This document shows, piece by piece, positions 24,982 through 30,322 of a DNA stretch of 30,322 bases (its first letter is position 1; each line of letters starts with the position of its first letter). The stretch covers positions 1 through 30,322 of the forward strand of contig JAFAJR010000091.1 in the NCBI GenBank assembly GCA_019236085.1. The letters run 5' to 3'. A program made the position numbers and the translations under genes. Below the pieces are notes generated by a model, which searched no databases, had not been told where the DNA came from, and saw nothing but the letters and a program-made list of their open reading frames with translations. The stretch is from Candidatus Dormiibacterota bacterium. Its GTDB lineage: Bacteria > Chloroflexota > Dormibacteria > Aeolococcales > Aeolococcaceae.

Positions 24982-25931
24982 ACGGGGGTCAGCCAGTCGA
25001 GGTACTTGGCGTCCTTGCCGCTGACCACTCCCTGGTACATCGACTGCAGGCGCATGGTCAGCGGTCCGGGCTCGCCGTCACCCACCGCGCGGCGATCCAC
25101 CTCGACCACGGGAGCCACCTGCGCCCCGGTGCCCACGAAGAAGACCTCGTCTGAGTTGTACAGCTCGGTGCGGTCGATGGAACGCTCCAGCACCTCGACA
25201 CCCATCTCCTCGAGCATGAGATGCATCACGGTCTGCCGCGTGATGCCCTCCAGGATGTTGTCCGACGGCGGCGGCGTGATCACCTGGCCCTTGCGCACGA
25301 TGAAGATGTTCTCGGCGCTTCCCTCGGCGACGTGACCGTCATGCGTGAGCATGATGGCTTCGTCGAAACCCGCTTGCAGGGCCTCGCTTTTTGCCAGTGC
25401 GGAGTTCACGTACAGCCCGGTGCACTTGGTGCGCACGGGGGCCATGGTGTCGTCGATTCGCCGCCATGACGAGACCATGGTGCGGATGCCCTCGGTGCCG
25501 ACGTACGGTCCCATGGGCGCGGTGACGATGGCGAAGCTGTCGCTGACGTCGTGCAGCTTCACGCCGATGATCTCGTCAGCCTTGAAGCAGAGCGGCCGGA
25601 TGTACGAGTCCTCGCGGTATTCGTTGCGCCGCAGCAGCTCCATGCTGATGGCGCACAGCTCCGGGATGGAGTGCGGGATCGTCATCTGCATGGTGCGCGC
25701 GTTCTGCAGCATCCGCTCGAAGTGCTCCGGCAGACGCAGCACATAGAGCTGGGAACGCTCGACGTTCCAGTACGCCCGGATGCCTTCGAAGATGCCGGTG
25801 CCGTAGTTGAGCGCATGGGTCAGCAGGCCGATCTTGGCGTCGGCGTAATGCGTGTACGCGCCGTTGAAGAACACCCACGACTGCTCTCGCCGGGTGGCTG
25901 CGTCAAGGCGGACCGGGGCCGTCTGGGTCAT
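24975..25931 (-). CDS. ilvE: Branched-chain amino acid aminotransferase
   Basis: THALNYGTGIFEGIRAY, YIRP, PLP-lysine in RTKCTGLY, VAEGSAENIF, ILEGITR and VGTGAQV. Confidence 0.95.
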   Translation of the reverse strand: MTQTAPVRLDAATRREQSWVFFNGAYTHYADAKIGLLTHALNYGTGIFEGIRAYWNVERSQLYVLRLPEHFERMLQNARTMQMTIPHSIPELCAISMELLRRNEYREDSYIRPLCFKADEIIGVKLHDVSDSFAIVTAPMGPYVGTEGIRTMVSSWRRIDDTMAPVRTKCTGLYVNSALAKSEALQAGFDEAIMLTHDGHVAEGSAENIFIVRKGQVITPPPSDNILEGITRQTVMHLMLEEMGVEVLERSIDRTELYNSDEVFFVGTGAQVAPVVEVDRRAVGDGEPGPLTMRLQSMYQGVVSGKDAKYLDWLTPVY

Positions 25932-26081
25932 ACGGCAGGCAAGCGTACAACCTGGGGAAGACAGCGGTGTCGCGGAACTGTTTGCGCGGACCGTTTGTTA
26001 TGCTCCATGACAGATCAATCACCGGGCCGTAGCTGCGTTCGGGACGCGGGGGGGTGGATCGGCCGGGGAGATGGAGGCGCC

Positions 26082-27641
26082 ATGACCGACGTTGTGAAGA
26101 CCCGCCCAGCTTCGCTGCCCGAAGCCCGGTCCATCCGGTGGAACCCCTCGCCCGCGGAGCTGCGCGATCTGACGTCGCGTATGCCCAACGCCAAGCACAC
26201 CGAGTACGACAACTACAACGTGCAGACCCGCGTTGTGTCACGCAGCAAGGGCAGCACCTACATCATCACAGACCATCCCGAAGAGCACAGCGATCAGACG
26301 GTGAGCAGCGAGGAAGGGCAGCGGATCGCTGACCGGCAGAACGAGTACATCCGCAACCAGGACATGCTGGTGGTGGACGGGTACATCGGCAACGACCCGG
26401 AGTTCCGCGTCCCGGCGCGGCTGTACATCGAGGCCGCGAACGCGAACATCGCCGGCATGCAGCGCTGGCTCTATTTCGACGCCGACGGCGCCGGTGAGGA
26501 CTTCGAACCCCGCCTCACCATCATCTACACGCCCAACCTCGAAGCACCCGGGTATCCCAGCGACCGCGTCATCGCGGTGGACCTCGAGGCCGGCGTCACC
26601 CGCGTGCTGAACAGCGACTACTTCGGCGAGTCCAAGAAGGGCGGACTCCGCATGTGGAACAAGCTCACCTACGACCGCGGCGGCCTCTCGCTGCACGCCG
26701 GCTGCAAGGTGGTGCCCACGGACCGGGGCGAGCAGGCGATGCTCATCATCGGTCTGTCCGGCACCGGCAAGACCACCACCACCTTCACGCGCCAGAACGA
26801 GAGCAAACCGGTGCAGGACGACTTCGTCGCGCTATACCCGGGCGGCCACGTGGTGGCCACCGAGAACGGTTGCTTCGCCAAGACCTTCGCGCTGGACCCG
26901 AAGTTCGAGCCCACCATCCATGGCGCTGTGTGCAAGCCCGAGGCGTACCTCGAGAACGTGTCGCAGAACGAGGCCGGAACTGTCGACTTCTTCGACACCT
27001 CCTACACGCCGAACGGCCGCGCCGTCTTCCGGATGGATGCGCTCGGCTGGCACAAGGACGCCCGCCAGGTGCAGGCGGTGCAGCACCTGCTGATCCTCAA
27101 CCGCAACGAGAACATCATCCCCGCCGTGGCTCGCCTGACCCGTGAGCAGGCGGCGCTGTACTTCATGCTGGGCGAGACCCAGGGGACGTCTGCAGGCGGC
27201 AAGGACGAGGAGGGCAAGTTCCTCCGGGTGCCGGGCACCAACCCCTTCTTCCCGCTGCGCCACGAGCAGCAGGGCAACCGCTTCCTCGAGCTGATGGACA
27301 GCTGCAACTTCGCGGTCTATCTGCTGAACACCGGCCGCATCGGCGGCCCCGAGGGAGAAGCCAGCAGCAAGAAGGTGACCATCCCCTACTCGAGCGCTGT
27401 GGTGAAGGCCATCGCCGAGGGCACCATCCAATGGGAGGCCGACCCGGACTTCGGCTACGAGGTGGCGAGCGCCGTGCCCGGCATCGACGACCCCGAGATC
27501 CTGCAGCCGAAGAAGCTCTACCAGCGGACCGGCCGCGGCGACGAGTACGCCTCCATCGTGGAGCGGCTCAAGGGCGAGCGCCGGGCATACCTGGAGAAGT
27601 TCCCCGGGCTGCGCGACGAGATCGTCGCCGCCGTCGCCTGA
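26082..27641 (+). CDS. pckA: Phosphoenolpyruvate carboxykinase (ATP)
   Basis: DYFGESKKG, HAGC, GLSGTGKTT, QDD, ENGCFAKT and YLLNTG. SD GGAGG. An extended -10 TGtTATGCT lies at 25996-26004. Confidence 0.95.
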   Translation: MTDVVKTRPASLPEARSIRWNPSPAELRDLTSRMPNAKHTEYDNYNVQTRVVSRSKGSTYIITDHPEEHSDQTVSSEEGQRIADRQNEYIRNQDMLVVDGYIGNDPEFRVPARLYIEAANANIAGMQRWLYFDADGAGEDFEPRLTIIYTPNLEAPGYPSDRVIAVDLEAGVTRVLNSDYFGESKKGGLRMWNKLTYDRGGLSLHAGCKVVPTDRGEQAMLIIGLSGTGKTTTTFTRQNESKPVQDDFVALYPGGHVVATENGCFAKTFALDPKFEPTIHGAVCKPEAYLENVSQNEAGTVDFFDTSYTPNGRAVFRMDALGWHKDARQVQAVQHLLILNRNENIIPAVARLTREQAALYFMLGETQGTSAGGKDEEGKFLRVPGTNPFFPLRHEQQGNRFLELMDSCNFAVYLLNTGRIGGPEGEASSKKVTIPYSSAVVKAIAEGTIQWEADPDFGYEVASAVPGIDDPEILQPKKLYQRTGRGDEYASIVERLKGERRAYLEKFPGLRDEIVAAVA

Positions 27642-27652
27642 TCCCGCGTCCC

Positions 27653-27673
27653 GGCGGCCGTAACAGGACCGCC
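27653..27673 (+). terminator. Hairpin after pckA
   Basis: GGCGG-CC-gtaaca-GG-a-CCGCC starts 11 nt after the stop. There is no U-tract. Confidence 0.35.
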
Positions 27674-27781
27674 ACAAGCGAGCGCCGGAACCCGGGCTGA
27701 CGTCACCGCCGGGTGACGGCCCCGACCCGGCTTCATCGAAACCGGGATCACCACACACTGGTGTGGGTCACTCTTGCGGCG

Positions 27782-30322
27782 ATGCTCCCCCGGCACAGGC
27801 GCTCTACGCTCCTCGCACCTGCCGTCGCCGCTTCGCTGCTGCTCGTGGCCTCGATGTCGGCGCTCGCCGCCGGCAGCGCCACCCTCTTCCCCAACGGCAC
27901 CAGCGGCGCCAGGGCCAACACCGAGTGGCGGACCAACGTCTCAGGTGGCGGCGTCGCGATTCGGCGCACCCTGCTCCACGCCTACCTGGTAGGCGGCGAG
28001 TACCTGGTCATGGGCTCGAGCGCCATGGGTCAGGGATCGGCCGACATCCTGGTGTGGGACCCCGGGCTAGTCACGGGTCCGATCGGGAATGAGACCATCC
28101 CGGGCACCGCGTCATTCAGCTGCGCCGCCCAGCGATCCGGCAGCGGCGACACCAACCAGGGCGTCATCGCCAGCCGCGCCGAGGAGCTTGCCGGTTCTGA
28201 CACGGTCCCGCTCGGCGGGGTGACCAACGGCTACGACCCGTGCTACTACCAGGCCCCGTCGACGGGCATCTACTCGATAGCTGTCGTCGGTCCGGCGGGC
28301 TTGAACGCGAACGCCGACGGCAGCATCGGCGCCGACGTCGGCCTCACCAACGCCAATGACTTCAGCGCCGCCCAGGGTTCGTCGATCGCAGCCTGGGACG
28401 TCACGGTGCGCAGCGACATCACCAACGCGAGCTCGACCCAGACCGGGCGTGTGTTCACGTACGTCCTGGCGAACTTCACCGGCGGCAACGGGCTTCCCGT
28501 GTACTCGACCACCTACGTCGTCACCCAGGACGGCTACCAGTACCGCGTTGACGACCGCGGCATCGACCCCAACGGCTGGTTGCAGTATGCCAACCAGGTC
28601 GGCTTCCTCGACCCCGACGGCGTGACACCGCTTGACCACGACGCGGTGGGGGCCCCCGGCCCCGAACTCACATCGCTGGATGGCGGCGTCCAGCTGGCGC
28701 CACCGCAGTTCCCCATGTTCTTCGAGCCGCCGGACAACAGCACGCTGACAGCGCTCGGGATCCCGCTCACCACCACCGCCCCTGGGGTGAGCAACGTCAG
28801 CTTCGCGGGCAGCCAGAGCGGCAGCACCTCCTACTACTCGACGGGCGGCACGTTCTCGCTCACCGCGAGCCAGCGCGGCGTGTACCAGATAGTGATCAGC
28901 CGCGACGGCGTCAACTTCGACCCCACCAACCCGCTGAACCGCGTGCTTCGCGCTGCGGTGCCTGCGGGCGTGAGCACCGCAAGCTGGGACGGCAAGGACA
29001 ACAGTGGCAATTACTTCCCCAGCGGCGCCAGCTATCCCTTCCACGTCACGCTGCAGGGCGGCGAGTATCACTTCGCCTTCTTCGACGTTGAGAACGACGT
29101 CCCGGGCGGTCCGACCATCACGTTGCTCAATCCTCCGGGCGGCACCTGCCCGGCGCTCAACGGTGGCTGCCACGCGGGTTTCTACGACGACCGCGGCTAC
29201 ACCACGACGAGCGGCAGCACGGTCGGCACGCCCGGCTCGGTGCTGTGCGGCAACGGCCCGCCGTCCGTGGACCACAGCGATCCCATCCTCGGGTTCGACA
29301 CCAGTAGCAACCAGCGCTCCTTCGGCGCACTCAGCGGCGGCAACACCAACGCTCCCTGCACCGGGAGCTTCGGCGACGACAAGGACCTCGACCTGTGGAC
29401 GTATTTCCCGTCGGCCGTGCAGTCCAGCTTGCTGACGATCGTGCCCACGGCGGACATCGCCGTCACCGACATGGTGAACAACGCGACTCCGAACTACGGC
29501 ACCGACGTGACGTTCACCGTGACCGCGGCTGACAACGGGCCGGAGAACGCCACAGGTGTCGCGCTCAGCGATCTGCTCCCAACCGGCCTCACCTACGTCA
29601 GCAGCACCGTCACGCAGGGCTCGTACGACCCCTCGACCGGCACCTGGACGGTGGGTGCGGTGAACAACGGCAGCAACGCCACGCTCACCATCACCGCGCA
29701 GGTGAGCAGCACCGCACAGCTGACCGATACCGCAACCAAGACGGCAGAGGATCAGACTGACCCGGTCTCATCCAACAACAGCGCAAGCGCGACGGTGAAC
29801 CCGGCGTCGGCCGACATTGCGGTGACGGATGCAGTCAACAACGCGACGCCGTCAGTCGGCATCAACGTCACGTTCACGGTGACTGCCACGAATGACGGCC
29901 CCAGCAATGCGACCGGCGTGGTGATCACCGACCTGCTGCCGAGCGGCATAATGTTCGTCACCGCCGCACCGGCCGCCGGCACGTCCTACAACGCCACGAC
30001 CGGCGCGTGGTCCATCGGCCCGCTGGCCGACGGCGCACAGAAGACTCTCCTGCTCACCGGAACCGTCACGCAGCAGGGGGCCATCACCGACATTGCGACC
30101 CGCACAGCGAGCTCGCCACCGGATCCCAACCCGGCCAACGACCGCGCAAGCGCTGTGGTCAATGCTCCGGAGGCGGACCTCGCGATCACGCTCACAGCTC
30201 CTGCCACGCTCCCCGCAGGCGGTAGCGGTGATTACGCCATCACTGTCACAAACAACGGACCCACACCGGCCTCCGGTCCCATCACTGTGACTGACACGCT
30301 GCCCGCGGGTGCGACGTACACC
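27782..30322 (+). CDS. Large secreted/surface protein with a FlgD-like Ig motif and DUF11 repeats (partial, runs off the window end)
   Basis: The frame is open from ATG 27782 to the window end, so it is absent from the ORF track. It has a Sec signal peptide (MLPRHRR...VASMSALA), WDGKDNSG at ~aa 402, and DUF11-like repeats with T.T.TN.GP..ATGV...DLLP.G motifs. Confidence 0.92.
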   Translation, partial: MLPRHRRSTLLAPAVAASLLLVASMSALAAGSATLFPNGTSGARANTEWRTNVSGGGVAIRRTLLHAYLVGGEYLVMGSSAMGQGSADILVWDPGLVTGPIGNETIPGTASFSCAAQRSGSGDTNQGVIASRAEELAGSDTVPLGGVTNGYDPCYYQAPSTGIYSIAVVGPAGLNANADGSIGADVGLTNANDFSAAQGSSIAAWDVTVRSDITNASSTQTGRVFTYVLANFTGGNGLPVYSTTYVVTQDGYQYRVDDRGIDPNGWLQYANQVGFLDPDGVTPLDHDAVGAPGPELTSLDGGVQLAPPQFPMFFEPPDNSTLTALGIPLTTTAPGVSNVSFAGSQSGSTSYYSTGGTFSLTASQRGVYQIVISRDGVNFDPTNPLNRVLRAAVPAGVSTASWDGKDNSGNYFPSGASYPFHVTLQGGEYHFAFFDVENDVPGGPTITLLNPPGGTCPALNGGCHAGFYDDRGYTTTSGSTVGTPGSVLCGNGPPSVDHSDPILGFDTSSNQRSFGALSGGNTNAPCTGSFGDDKDLDLWTYFPSAVQSSLLTIVPTADIAVTDMVNNATPNYGTDVTFTVTAADNGPENATGVALSDLLPTGLTYVSSTVTQGSYDPSTGTWTVGAVNNGSNATLTITAQVSSTAQLTDTATKTAEDQTDPVSSNNSASATVNPASADIAVTDAVNNATPSVGINVTFTVTATNDGPSNATGVVITDLLPSGIMFVTAAPAAGTSYNATTGAWSIGPLADGAQKTLLLTGTVTQQGAITDIATRTASSPPDPNPANDRASAVVNAPEADLAITLTAPATLPAGGSGDYAITVTNNGPTPASGPITVTDTLPAGATYT
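29450..30322 (+). repeat. Tandem DUF11-like domain repeats (2 complete + 1 partial)
   Basis: Repeats start at 29450 (ADIAVTD), 29810 (ADIAVTD) and 30173 (ADLAITL), with periods of 360 and 363 nt. Confidence 0.9.

Noticed and set aside
25551-26081. N-terminal extension of pckA in the ORF track (696 aa)
   Set aside because: It overlaps ilvE antisense. The SD and homology start at ATG 26082.
25932-26081. T-box or attenuator for ilvE; riboswitch for pckA
   Set aside because: The ilvE -10 (TACGCT) is only 10 nt from the ATG, leaving no room for a leader. The pckA leader has weak GC pairings and no recognisable motif.
27642-27781. c-di-GMP or c-di-AMP riboswitch before the adhesin-like gene
   Set aside because: The conserved GEMM and ydaO core sequences are not found. 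Kept only as an unexplained hairpin cluster.
28112-29275. 387-aa minus-strand ORF
   Set aside because: It is the antisense shadow of the DUF11 surface protein, which is open on the plus strand to the window end.
30244-30270. Third ECF41-like site TGTCACA-N16-CGGC
   Set aside because: The -10 has a mismatch and the site lies inside a coding repeat, so it is likely chance.

Overview
High-GC bacterial chromosomal window with 31 complete CDSs plus two partial CDSs at the edges. I found no tRNA, rRNA, CRISPR array or mobile element. Taxonomy is a guess only: a high-GC Terrabacteria lineage such as Dormibacterota or Chloroflexota. Housekeeping and metabolic genes are groEL (under a CIRCE operator), ilvE, ATP-type pckA, glycerate kinase, a D-2-hydroxyacid dehydrogenase and an SDR. 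Accessory genes are a vapBC toxin-antitoxin pair, a PadR/membrane protein/cytochrome P450 cluster, a YbjN-like chaperone fusion, a DrrAB-like ABC exporter, two ECF sigma factors with fused C-terminal domains, a membrane diguanylate cyclase, an AtuA-type operon, several microproteins and a large secreted DUF11-repeat protein that runs off the end. The strongest hidden signal is a complete SAM-I/IV-type riboswitch (751-858, minus strand). Its P5 hairpin and pseudoknot would sequester the SD and start codon of a 63-aa protein with no family I can recognise, and no methionine or sulfur gene follows it. The second is a pair of back-to-back consensus ECF41 promoters (TGTCACA-N16-CGTC) pointing at the ECF41 gene and at a divergent ABC exporter, which is not the usual ECF41 target class. 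All family assignments come from motif recognition by eye, not database searches.
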